A stretch of DNA of 64,000 nt from Octopus vulgaris (lineage: Eukaryota), in the NCBI GenBank assembly GCA_951406725.2, contig OX597816.1, positions 131,874,001 to 131,938,000 of the forward strand, in the 5' to 3' direction. Positions within the stretch are counted from its first letter, which is position 1, and each line of letters begins with the position of its first letter. The position numbers and the translations under genes were made by a program. The notes beneath the pieces are model-generated. The model ran no database searches. It was given only the letters and a program-made list of their open reading frames with translations, and was not told where the DNA came from. Of the stretch, positions 13,291 to 25,302 are shown one piece after another.

Positions 13291-13453
13291 CGACGGGCTT
13301 CTTTCAGTTTCCATCTACCAAATCCACTCACAAGGCTTTGGTCGCCCCGAGGCTATAGTAGAAGACACTTGCCCAAGGTGCCACACAGTGGGACTGAACC
13401 CGGAACCATGTGGTCGGTAAACAAGCTACTTACCACACAGCCACTCCTGTGCC
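13030..13453 (-). mobile_element. SINE family A, full length
   Basis: Reverse complement of 15707-16100; tandem tail (cttttact)n and internal (TA)n. Confidence 0.9.
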
Positions 13454-13471
13454 TACAAGTATATATGTATT

Positions 13472-13596
13472 TTTATTAATATTTAACAGAAGTAACAGAG
13501 TGACTCAAGGCCTGAGAATTTCGTGCATTTGATAAGTGCCAATGCACAAAACTCTTGGAACTTGAGTCACTGTTACTTCTACAAAATATTAATAAA
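13472..13596. repeat. Fold-back built from a degenerate hammerhead-containing unit
   Basis: Arms gaagtaacag(ag)tgactcaag and cttgagtcactgttacttc. The right arm reads TGATAA-gtgc-caat-gcac-AAAA-ctc...gag-TC, and the left arm keeps gcacGAAA on the - strand. Confidence 0.7.
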
Positions 13597-13837
13597 TAAA
13601 TAAATATATATATATATATACATACAACATTATCTGAGAGAAATTTTCTTTAAGTAGTAGAAATGCTAAGAAAATTTTTTTGGGCTGCTATTTCTACTAA
13701 GTTCAGTATGTGGCAAAGTAATTTATTTTACTAAGCCCTAATTATATAATGTAATATTTATATATACATACATATATATATATACACACACACATGCATA
13801 CACATACACATATATGGATATATATATATAAATATAA

Positions 13838-13868
<31 letters not shown>

Positions 13869-13892
13869 AGTATATATATATGTATATATATA

Positions 13893-13926
<34 letters not shown>

Positions 13927-14478
13927 ATTGAGAATCAGTTGAATTAGGTACTTTAAGTTGAAACACCAAGTCTGTCCGTTATTATCCTGCAGTTTGAAGG
14001 AAGGTGAATAAAATCATGACAGCTCATGGCTAGGTAAGGTCATAAATATTGTCATATGTATCTCTTTTTCTCAGCTGTCAACTAACTCTTGCCCTTCATT
14101 CTAAACAGTCCAGTAGTCTTTGATTTAATAGTTGATAAAAGGACAAATAAATTAGAAATGAACCACAATCCTTTACAATCTATGACCCCAGTGGGCTTCA
14201 TGCCATTCTTGGAAATGTAGTCTATTCTTAGCTACAATAGCAACAACATGAATTTCTTCCATCTTCTTGCTCTGTTAAAGTATTTGAGAAAAAAATTATA
14301 CTAATGTGTCCAACTGGTCAAAATTCTATTTATTTGTGCAGCTGATGATAACATTGCATTTAAATTGATGTAATGATTGCATTGTTCAATTAAATGGAGC
14401 TGCTTGAAACGGTTCTACTGCATCACGTTTTCATATCCTGTTGCTTATTTTGATTTTGCACACACACACACACACACA

Positions 14479-14514
<36 letters not shown>

Positions 14515-14563
14515 TGTATAGTTGTCTAAGAATCTGCCACCATATTTTTTTTTATAACTGCTG

Positions 14564-14649
14564 TCTCTGAGGAGCATGTGGTGTTACTTAATTATGCTAT
14601 TATCAAATGTTAGATTATGTAATATCTAATGTGAAACCCAGTTGTAAGA
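14564..14649 (+). ncRNA. Candidate type-I hammerhead ribozyme with long stem II insert
   Basis: tct-CTGAGGA-gcat...atgt-GAAA-c-ccagtt-g-TA-aga. Stems I and III are very short. Confidence 0.35.
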
Positions 14650-14771
14650 TCAGCTGAAATGGATCTATAATTCCATAATACTATACAAACACACACACAA
14701 ACATACATACATACATGCATACATACATACATACATACATACATACATGTGTGTGCGTGTGTGTGTGCATG

Positions 14772-14825
<54 letters not shown>

Positions 14826-14936
14826 CGTGTGTGTGCGTGTATACCTTGGGATAGGACTTTCTATAACCATCAACATAAACTTTCTCTCTTAATGCCTGTT
14901 TGTTCTGAAAATGTAACTTTCCCAAATAAGTCCAAG

Positions 14937-15015
14937 GCTCTGATGAAGTTATAGAATGTTATCCTGATATTTAACTAAGAGTCCACCACATCTTATAGCA
15001 AAAACAGCAGTAAGC
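14937..15015 (+). ncRNA. Degenerate minimal type-I hammerhead ribozyme
   Basis: gct-CTGATGA-a-gttatagaatg...catcttatagc-a-AAAA (GAAA mutated)-cagcag-TA-agc. Confidence 0.5.
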
Positions 15016-15081
15016 TGATGAAGTTCAATGCATAACATTTTGTTTTTTTCCAGTCTCATCTCTTTGTTTTATATATATCTG

Positions 15082-15113
<32 letters not shown>

Positions 15114-15706
15114 TGTATGTATGTATGTTTGTATGTATGTATGTATGTATGTATGTATGTATGTATGTATGTATGTATGTATGCATGCATGTATGCATAT
15201 ATATATTTATAAATATATACATATATGTATATGTGTATGTGTGTGTATATATGTATGTGTGTGTGTATGTAAGTGCATTACCTTACTGTGGTATTGCTAA
15301 GAGGTTGTGTTTTTATAACCTCAATTGAATAATTGAATCCTGTTGAGATAATTCTTTGATTGAGAGTATTATCAAAGTACCAATACCATGGTTCCTACTA
15401 TTTGCAACTGGTTGTGCTATTACAACAAGCTGCAGTTAAACCATTTTTGCTTTTTGCATCAGTATTTAAATGTTTCTAAGTGTTTTTGAAAATATTCAAT
15501 AAACTTATCTTAATATTTTGAATACTGTGTAGTAAAACGCTCTGGCATTTGGCTTGGTTTTATAGCTTTATTAGAAAATATCCTGTGGCTCAGGAAGTAT
15601 ATTGAAAAGCTGTCTGTTTGTAATACATTCCATTCAGTAATACTCCATCTTAAAATATTCTGCCACAAATATATTTCACATTTTTTTTTTTGAGAATATT
15701 CAATAT

Positions 15707-16100
15707 AGGCACAGGAGTGGCTGTGTGGTAAGTAGCTTGCTTGCCAACCACATAGTTCCGGGCTCAGTCCCACTGTGTGGCACCTTGGGCAAGTGTCTTC
15801 TACTATAGCCTTGGGGCGACCAAAGCCTTGTGAGTGGATTTGGTAGACGGAACTGAAAGAAGCTCGTCCTATATATTGTCTGTGTGTGTGTGTGTCTGTC
15901 CCACCAACATCGCTTGACAGCTGATGTCGTTGTGTTTATGTCCCTGCAACATAGTGGTTCAGCAAAAGAGACTGATAGAATAAGGTTTACAAAGAATAAG
16001 TCCTGGGGTCAATTTGTTCGACTAAAGGTGGTGCTCTAGCATGGCTGCAATCAAATGACTGAAACAAGTAAAAGAATAAAACAATAAAACAATAAAAGAA
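15707..16100 (+). mobile_element. SINE family A, full length
   Basis: tRNA-like head with box A/B-like tggctgtgtgg and gg(c/t)tcagtcc, central ccttgggcaagtgtctt, internal (GT)n and an A-rich tandem tail. Many copies occur in the window. Confidence 0.9.
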
Positions 16101-16270
16101 TACAAAATAAAATAACTCACAACAATATGATTTTTGAAGAGTGTTAGAAATACTTCCTTCCATTAGCTAAAACACCCTCTTTAAGTAATTCATGTCTGAG
16201 ATAGCGTGTACCAAACAACCACACTAAAAGAATGAAACAGGAAGCATGTGTGTATGAGTGAATGAGTGTA

Positions 16271-16325
<55 letters not shown>

Positions 16326-16699
16326 GACAGAGAAAGAGAGACAGAGAGAGAGTGTGTGTGTTACTGGCAAACAACTGAATCCTCTGGTGATGTTGATACT
16401 CAAATTTTATACATTAATATTTATATCTCTCTTTCTGTGTCTATCTCTCTTTATATCTATGCATGTATGTATGTATGTATGTATGTATGTATGTATGTAT
16501 GTATGTATGTCTCTATCTATCTATCTATCTATCTGTCAGTCCGTCTGCCTGTCTGTCTGTCTGTCTGTCTATCTGTCTATATGCCTATCTATTTGTCTGT
16601 CTGTCTGTCTGTCTGTCTATCTGTCTATATGCCTATCTATTTGTCTGCTTGTCTGTTTGCCTATCTATCTGTCTGTCTGTCTGTCTATCTATCTACCTG

Positions 16700-16756
<57 letters not shown>

Positions 16757-16835
16757 TTGTAGATTATTGCTCTGTCTACATAAGTGTGTATGGATGCATT
16801 TATGTAAGTATGTATGTATGTGTATAAATGTGTAG

Positions 16836-17400
16836 TGAAGGCACATGGCTTAGTGGTTAGGGTATTCAGCTAAGGTGGCAAGCTGGCAGAAACGTTAGCA
16901 CGCCGGGCGAAATGCTTAGCGGTATTTCGTCTGCGTTACGTTGTGAGTTCAAATTCCGCCGCGGTCGACTTTGCCTTTCATCCTTTTGGGGTCGATAAAT
17001 TAAGTACCAGTTACGCACTGGGGTCGATGTAATCGACTTAATACCTATGTCTGTCCTTGTTTGTCTCCTCTGTGTTTAGCCCCTTGTGGGTAATAAAGAA
17101 ATAGGTATTCAGCTCATGAGTATAAGGTCATAAGTTTGATTCATTGTTGTATGTTGCATCCTTGAGCAAGACACTTTATTCCATATTGCTTTAGTTCACT
17201 TAGCTGGCAAAAGTGAGTTATACCTGTAATTCAAAGAACCAGCCTTGTCACATTCTGTGTCTTACAGAATCTCTCTGAGAACTACATTAAGGGTACACAT
17301 GTTTGTGGATGTATTCAGCCACTTGCAACGTAATTTCACAAGCAGGTTGTTCCATTGATCGGAATAACTGGAACCCTTGTTTCGTAACCGATAGAGTTTC
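16836..17400 (+). mobile_element. SINE family C (tRNA head plus CORE-like centre), interrupted by a family B SINE
   Basis: gaaggcacatggcttagtggttag...ccttgagcaagacactttatt. Other copies at ~20398-20680 (+), ~32110-32272 (-) and ~39745-39940 (-). Confidence 0.8.
16872..17103 (+). mobile_element. SINE family B, young full-length copy with 11-bp TSD
   Basis: TSD ggtattcagct at 16861-16871 and 17104-17114; B-box gagttcaaattcc; CpG-rich; ends aataaagaaata. Confidence 0.92.
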
Positions 17401-17419
17401 ATTTAAATATAAATGAGTG

Positions 17420-18330
<911 letters not shown>

Positions 18331-18837
18331 TTGCTTTTTTTCATTCATTTTATTTACTGCCTCGCCCATCCTCATCTCTCACTCTCCCATACCTTCATGC
18401 AATCACCATACACCCGCACTTCCAGTTCTTGTAACCATTCACTTCTACTTACCTTCTACCTTAAGGATCTAACCAGATGCCTCACCTCCACTTTTCTTAT
18501 CTCTTTCCATCTCCACTTGATCACTCCTGCCCTTTCTTCTAAAATGTGTGTAGCCATGTTGTTCTTTTACAACAAAACAAAACACCTATTCTGCTCTGCC
18601 CCATTCTCTCTTACCTTAACCTATCATCTCCAAGCATGACACTGTCTTTTTCTTGGGGCTCATAGTCTCGCAAGCAGCATGGTGACTTCACCAGTGCTGG
18701 TGGCATGAGAAAAGTACCTAATACATGCTACCAAGTGGTTGGCATTAGGAAGAGCATCCAGCCGTAGGAACCATGTCGAAGTAGACAACAGAGCACAATG
18801 TAATCCTTGGACCTATTGGATGTTGTGAAACCATCAC

Positions 18838-19588
18838 TTCTTGTCACTTCTATGGACATTCATCAGGTGTGTGTGCTTGTTTACGTATTTATATATGGTT
18901 ATTACATATATATAGTATATAGTATTTAATATTTTACTAAGAATGAAATATTTCTATAAGTTTGTGGTTGAGTATCTGCGGCTACTGGATGTTATATTTC
19001 CTCTGTGCTATTATCATGCTGAGAGAATATGTTTACGAATGAGTGATTGTATGTGTGTGTGTGGGAGTATGAATAAGTAATGTGTAGAAGTATACGGCTA
19101 CATTATAAATTTATCTTTGTCTATATGTTTATGTGTATGTATAGATATATATATGTGTGTGTGAGTTTGTGTATATATTTAGATATGTTTATATACATAC
19201 ATGGATATATGTGCATGAGCATGTGTGTATATATATTTTTTATTTTTTGTTTTTTGTTTTTTGAAATTAGCTATTTCATCTTTAAATATGAGAATTTAAA
19301 TACTAGGTTTCATTATATACAATCGTTTATAGAGGTTATTTTAGTTCTTGATTATATATATTTTCATTGATAATTTTATATTTTATATATATATTAGTCA
19401 TTTCAAATTTATATCTTAAAAATATTGATTATATTTTAGGTCTTGAAACCACCTGATGAATGTCCATTGAAGTGACAAGAAACGATCGTAGTGGATATCT
19501 TAATTATATTTAATTTATATAAAATTTTTTTATGTATTGGATTAAGTCTTTCTTTGTTTGATTTGCATAATAGTGGTTTTGTCTCTAA

Positions 19589-19600
<12 letters not shown>
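18838..19600 (+). mobile_element. Non-coding Penelope-like pLTR-type unit bounded by inverted hammerhead copies
   Basis: 18838-18869 is the reverse complement of 19450-19481 (31/32 nt). The downstream tail 19545-19600 recurs inverted at ~35345-35395. Confidence 0.6.
19449..19494 (+). ncRNA. Minimal type-I hammerhead ribozyme, catalytic core intact
   Basis: ccac-CTGATGA-a-tgtc-cattgaagt-gaca-a-GAAA-cgatcg-TA-gtgg: stem I ccac/gtgg, stem II tgtc/gaca, palindromic stem III acgatcgt. Confidence 0.75.
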
Positions 19601-19631
<31 letters not shown>

Positions 19632-19730
19632 TGTGTGTGTATGTATATGTGTATGTGTGTGTCTATGTGTGCATGTGTGTGTGTATGCATTTACATATAT
19701 ATCTATGTCATTATCAATATATATATGTGC

Positions 19731-19815
<85 letters not shown>

Positions 19816-20046
19816 CATACATACATATATACACACACACACACATTATGTATTTTGTATTCAATTCAACTTTATTATTTCTATTAGTAATAAAGCTGAA
19901 GTGAAGACAAAATATATATATAGTGTGTGTGTGTGTGTTTAACTGGCAAAACATGACCATCCTCAAGTATTACAATATCTGTTTCAACACATGATTTCAA
20001 ATCAAGAATCTTGCTAATCAAATACATAAATGTACACACACACACA

Positions 20047-20104
<58 letters not shown>

Positions 20105-21312
20105 CACACTCATATATATAGGGTGACACTAAAGTGCATGGGGTACAAACAGATCTGATTTAATCCCTTATAGGATGGGCAAAAGTGGTACTGTGCGATA
20201 AGAATGTTGGTAGGGAGGAGAACTGAATATGAGTAGGTCCAAAACCATCCTTTCTTACACAAGATGCATATTACAGTGAAATGTGAGAGTGAATATATAT
20301 GCACACGCATATGTATGTGAGAGTGTGTGTGACAACATGTGTGTGTTATTAACAATCCAGCCCACCCACTCTGTTTATTATTAAGATATATATGATTGTG
20401 AAAGCACATGGCTTAGTGATTATGTTTTGGAATCATCATTGTAAAATCATGGTTCCTATTGCCAGACTGTTTGGCATGTTGTGTTCTTGAGTAAAACACT
20501 TTGTTTACATTGCTCCAGTCTAGCTGATAGGAAATATACACCAGCAACAGCTAGGGGCTGCTACTGACAGACTAATGTCCTGTTCAAGTATGAATATTCT
20601 ACTCTTGATCATTTATGCACTATGCAAACCAAGGTAAGTTCTGGCAGAGTAAGCCTGTAGGCTTATGACAGATCTAGCATTGAATTGTGAGTGACAATGA
20701 TAATCAGCGCCATTGCAAGGCATGGGAATACTGGGCAGTTGTCTTTAGGTTGCTTTACAGGTCTAAGGGTCCAATTCTTATCTATGTGTGTCATAGTTTG
20801 CTGAATAAATAAATACTATAGGGCCTACTGCACTGAATTGAATAGGGACCTATAATGCTGCTAAAGCAACCCTTTTCATAATATGTACAGTACAGAGGAA
20901 TGTGTCTTAGAAAAATCTGATAATTCAGAAATTTCAGTAAATTAGTAAATTCACTTTAATAATTCCCTTCTATGAAGCAAGGATGCCTCAGTTGTTATAA
21001 AGTCAACTAATTTATGTATCTGTTGATGGATAATTGTATTTATATTTATCATATACTTTTATTAATTTTGTAGTTTCTGTCAATGGACAGCAGACATGCT
21101 TAATTATGTGAGCCACTAATAATTAGTTGGGAGTTCATTTTAAGTATCTCAACATAACTAATGGTCAAGTTTGACCTTAAATACCTCCCTTTATGGTGTA
21201 ACTACAAGGAATTTACACCAATGTTCATAGAGGAACATGAGCTTACCCACTCACATGTCCATGCACACACACATCTCCACACACACATTATCTGTATATG
21301 CGAGTGTGTGTG

Positions 21313-21368
<56 letters not shown>

Positions 21369-21375
21369 TATATAT

Positions 21376-21630
21376 AGGAGTGGCTCTGTGGTAAGTAGCT
21401 TGCTTACCAACCATGTGGTTCTGGGTTCAGTCCCACTGTATGGCACCTTAGGCAAGTGTCTTCTACTATAGCCTCGGGCCGACCAAAGCCTTGTGCGTGG
21501 ATCTGGTAGATGGAAACTGAAAGAAGCCCATCATATATATATATACATATGTGTATGTATATGTTTGTGTCTGTGTTCCAGCATGGCTGCAGTCAAATGC
21601 CTGAAATAATTAAAAGAATAAAAAGAATAA
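21376..21630 (+). mobile_element. SINE family A with internal deletion, abutting the CR1-group LINE
   Basis: Head matches 15707-15875 and is joined directly to the tail ccagcatggctgcagtcaaatg. Confidence 0.85.
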
Positions 21631-21975
21631 TGCAACAACCACCATCTGAAGGGCACAAAACGATCACAGAATAGATATGAACAGGAACAGAGGAAATCTA
21701 GGACAACAACAAGAACAAAATACAACCACGTTTCCCCTCCTACAATCAAACTATGTAGACAGAACCAGGAAAAAACACCAAATAACGCCAACTTGAAATA
21801 TGTATCCTCTGACCAAGTGGCAAACCAAACAAGTAACTCTTTTTTACTGACATACCTGGAAAATATGAAGGCCGACCTAAGCCAGGAGATCCAGCGAGCC
21901 ATCACCAACCATCTATGCAAATCACAAGGACCACTCACCCATTACCAACTTCCCTTACCTCGACATTCCTGTTAA
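21631..21975 (+). pseudogene. C-terminal part of LINE ORF1
   Basis: Stop-free frame CNNHHLKGTKR...SNSFLLTYLENMKADLSQEIQRAI...*, overlapping the ORF2 start by 61 nt. Confidence 0.6.
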
Positions 21976-24908
21976 ATGTACGTGGCATCAACCCATCAAT
22001 TATTGCCCAAAAATGGAAGATCCCATATATAGAGAGTTGGCTTGCCGAAATGGCACATTGCTTCCCTTTCTTTATCCTTACCGAGACTCACCTGAACAAC
22101 ACCCATATGGACGCAGAGGTGAAAATAAAAGATTTCACCATTGTTCGTGCGGATCGCACAGACCGAAATAAGGGAGGGACAGCCATCTTTATCCATGACT
22201 CCTTTTCACTTGATGCCAAGGACACATTTTCCAATGGCTACTGTGAATCGGTATCAGTATACAACAAAGCCAAGGACATAACCATTGTTGGTCTTTACAG
22301 GCCTCCCCAGGCACCTCTAAAGTACTTTGAAGAGTGCCTTAGCAAAGTCAAGTCCTTCCTTCGGAAGTACCACTCCGGAAACATAATAGTGATGGGTGAT
22401 TTTAACCTCCCTCATGTGAACTGGCCCACAAATACTCCGAAGTTAGGCAAGTGCTCTACATTAGATAGGGCAGCAGCAGAACTGCTCTTTAATCTGATGG
22501 ATGAGTATTTCCTGACTCAGCTAGTGCTTGAACCAACGAGACAGAATAAAACGATCTTGGATCTGGTACTGACCAATCACTCTAGCTACGTTCACAGCAT
22601 TTCAGTCGAAAAAACTCTCCTCTCAGACCACGACATGGTACTCTGCAATCTTAATTCTCGACGTATAAAAACCAAACCAGCCAATCCCACTCCATGGCAC
22701 CCATTTGACAACATAAATTTCCACAAAGCGGACTGGGGAACAATCAGAAAGGATCTGTCTTCCATCGACTGGTCTTTTACTCTCAATTCCCCTCATATTG
22801 AGACCGCGTGGCAGCACTTTGAAACCATTGTCACCGACACATGCTCTAAACACGCTCCCAAGAAATCTACTAACACAAACAGAAACTGGCTCCCTAAAAA
22901 GAAAAAAACACTCATCAGGCGCATCAAAAGACTCAACAAAAAAATCAACCAATTAAAATATTCCCACACGCAACATCCACATTCAACAACAATGAAAAGA
23001 CTAGAGCTAGAAAAACTTCATCTGCAGACTAACATGAAAACCTCCATTGAAAATCAAAGAGCTGTGGAGGAACAATGGGTAATCAAAAACATCAAACAGA
23101 ACCCAAAAGTGTTCTATTCTTATGCAAATAAGCATAGAACCACTGTCTCACCTATTGGGCCATTGATTGATGAAAACGGCATTCCCCAACACGATGCTAA
23201 AGAAATGGCAGAAATACTGCAGAAACAATATTGCTCTGTCTTCAGTGTTCCCACTGATATTGATGTGAGGGAAACGAACGAAGCTGACTCCCAACACAAA
23301 ATCGCAGACATAACCTTCACTGCCACCGACATCGTAGCAGCAATAAATGAGGTCAAACATTACTCTGCTGTAGGCCCTGATAGATTTCCCGCCAGTCTCC
23401 TGAAGGAATGTAGATATCAACTTGCAGTCCCTCTGACCAACCTCTGGAGAAACTCGTTAGACGCAGGTTATATACCGAAAAAGTTTCTATCCCAGTCGGT
23501 CATCCCGGTTTTCAAACAGGGAAACAGATCCCTCGCAGTCAACTATCGCCCAATCTCACTCACCTCCCACATCATTAAAGTGTTTGAAAGAGTGTTAAGA
23601 TCAAGGATAGCTGACTTCCTGGAGACCCACAAACTCCTAATATCAAATCAGCATGGCTTTCGCTGTGGCAGGGACTGTCTAACACAGCTCTTACACCACA
23701 TTGAAGATGTACTCAAAGCCTTGGGAACAGGTTCGAACTCTGACGTCATATACTTTGACTTCAGTAAAGCGTTCGACAGGGTAGACCATAACATCCTACT
23801 CTCAAAATTGGCAAATGTTGGAATCCGTGGAAAAGTTCTACACTGGATTCAGTATTTCCTAGCGAATAGAACACAACATGTTGTAGTTGATGGAGTCCAC
23901 TCAAACCCAGCAAAAGTCACCAGCGGTGTTCCCCAGGGAACTGTTTTGGGTCCGCTACTCTTCATAATTTATGTAAACGACCTTTCCAGTGTCGTACATC
24001 ACTGCAAAGTGAAAATATTCGCTGATGACACTAAGCTCCAGCAAATCGTCAATGAAGAAGCAGACCGAACTCAACTCCAGTCTGACCTATATGCTGTGAG
24101 TCAATGGGCAGACAGAAACAAAATGCAACTGAATGAGGGAAAATTTGAGCTGATGCATTTTAGAAGAAATTCCTCACTAAAACAACCATACTCTCTTCCT
24201 TCAGGGGAACCGCTCACAGCCTCTAACAATATCAGAGACCTGGGTGTAATTGTTGATGACGATCTCAGTTGGAGTGCACACATCAACAAGAAGGTCGATA
24301 CAGCTCGTAGGATGAGTGCCTGGATCTTAAGAACTTTCCGGTCCAGAGAACAAGGTGTCATCATACCACTTTTTTCATCCTTTGTATGGCCACACCTTGA
24401 ATACTGCTGCCCACTGTGGTCTCCCCACACAAGACAAAACATCTCCAGAATTGAGTCACCCCAGAGGGCTCTCACTAAACAAATTAAAGGCATGGCTGCT
24501 CTCGACTATTGGGATCGCCTTAAAGCCTTGAAACTTTACTCCCTCCAGCGTCACCGTGAGCGGTACATCATTTGTACGATGTGGAAAATATACCGCCAAC
24601 TTTGCCCAAACGACCTAAACATTAGCTTCAAGGTTCATCCTAGACTTGGACCACGGGCTATACGTCCCCTGCCAAATTCAAGATCACAACATACATGTAC
24701 ACTGCAACATAATTTCTTTTCCTCAACAGGCCCTGCCCTATTTAACATTGTCCCGAGGAGATCAAAGAGGAAAAGGATCCCATCAACTTCAAACAGAGAT
24801 AGACTTCAAACAGATAAGCCACCCATAATTGGATACAACTCACCCAACAAGAACTCACTACTTGAACAAAACTGGATACAACTCACCCAACAAGAACTCA
24901 CTACTTGA
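21915..24908 (+). CDS. LINE ORF2: apurinic endonuclease plus reverse transcriptase (997 aa)
   Basis: APE motifs LNVRG, LTETHL, YRPP, GDFN, LDLV and SDH; RT motifs NYRPISLTS, QHGFR, DFSKAFD, GVPQG.VLGP and FADD; CR1-like C-terminus RDLGV, PHLEYC..LWSP and LYSLQR.RER. Confidence 0.95.
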   Translation: MQITRTTHPLPTSLTSTFLLNVRGINPSIIAQKWKIPYIESWLAEMAHCFPFFILTETHLNNTHMDAEVKIKDFTIVRADRTDRNKGGTAIFIHDSFSLDAKDTFSNGYCESVSVYNKAKDITIVGLYRPPQAPLKYFEECLSKVKSFLRKYHSGNIIVMGDFNLPHVNWPTNTPKLGKCSTLDRAAAELLFNLMDEYFLTQLVLEPTRQNKTILDLVLTNHSSYVHSISVEKTLLSDHDMVLCNLNSRRIKTKPANPTPWHPFDNINFHKADWGTIRKDLSSIDWSFTLNSPHIETAWQHFETIVTDTCSKHAPKKSTNTNRNWLPKKKKTLIRRIKRLNKKINQLKYSHTQHPHSTTMKRLELEKLHLQTNMKTSIENQRAVEEQWVIKNIKQNPKVFYSYANKHRTTVSPIGPLIDENGIPQHDAKEMAEILQKQYCSVFSVPTDIDVRETNEADSQHKIADITFTATDIVAAINEVKHYSAVGPDRFPASLLKECRYQLAVPLTNLWRNSLDAGYIPKKFLSQSVIPVFKQGNRSLAVNYRPISLTSHIIKVFERVLRSRIADFLETHKLLISNQHGFRCGRDCLTQLLHHIEDVLKALGTGSNSDVIYFDFSKAFDRVDHNILLSKLANVGIRGKVLHWIQYFLANRTQHVVVDGVHSNPAKVTSGVPQGTVLGPLLFIIYVNDLSSVVHHCKVKIFADDTKLQQIVNEEADRTQLQSDLYAVSQWADRNKMQLNEGKFELMHFRRNSSLKQPYSLPSGEPLTASNNIRDLGVIVDDDLSWSAHINKKVDTARRMSAWILRTFRSREQGVIIPLFSSFVWPHLEYCCPLWSPHTRQNISRIESPQRALTKQIKGMAALDYWDRLKALKLYSLQRHRERYIICTMWKIYRQLCPNDLNISFKVHPRLGPRAIRPLPNSRSQHTCTLQHNFFSSTGPALFNIVPRRSKRKRIPSTSNRDRLQTDKPPIIGYNSPNKNSLLEQNWIQLTQQELTT

Positions 24909-25017
24909 ACAAAACTTGACTTAAACAGGATTCGAATAATCCTATCAGGTGGTGCTATTAAGTTAGACATGGCCTGGACCAATCTCTGGTCGAAACATAT
25001 CTAAGTTTTTCTAAGTT

Positions 25018-25067
<50 letters not shown>

Positions 25068-25076
25068 GTATATATG

Positions 25077-25126
<50 letters not shown>

Positions 25127-25302
25127 ATATATATTCATACACATACACACATGCATACATACACATACACAAATATGTGAGTGTATGTGTGTGTTATATG
25201 TATCTGCTAATATAGAACAATGAGAATGATTGTTCAAAACTTCATTGATGGATAAATATTCTTTGATTGTGGGTTAAGAAGGCAACCAATGGCTTCAAGT
25301 GG

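Larger units (their letters stand above)
21631..25023 (+). mobile_element. CR1-group non-LTR retrotransposon, 5'-truncated within ORF1
   Basis: ORF1 remnant plus APE-RT ORF2, a short 3' UTR with stem-loop gacca-atctc-tggtc (24977-24991) and a tandem tail (ctaagttttt)2. Confidence 0.92.

Noticed and set aside
15707-15785. tRNA gene
   Set aside because: Box A/B-like motifs are present, but the sequence continues into a multicopy SINE body and I cannot fold a full cloverleaf.
21996-24493. Antisense ORFs within the CR1 ORF2 (and + strand ORFs within the RTE)
   Set aside because: They are shadow frames of the real coding strand with no independent motifs.
24972-24998. ctg-gacca-atctc-tggtc-gaaac as a hammerhead
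   Set aside because: It lacks the CUGANGA box and is better explained as the 3' stem-loop of the LINE.
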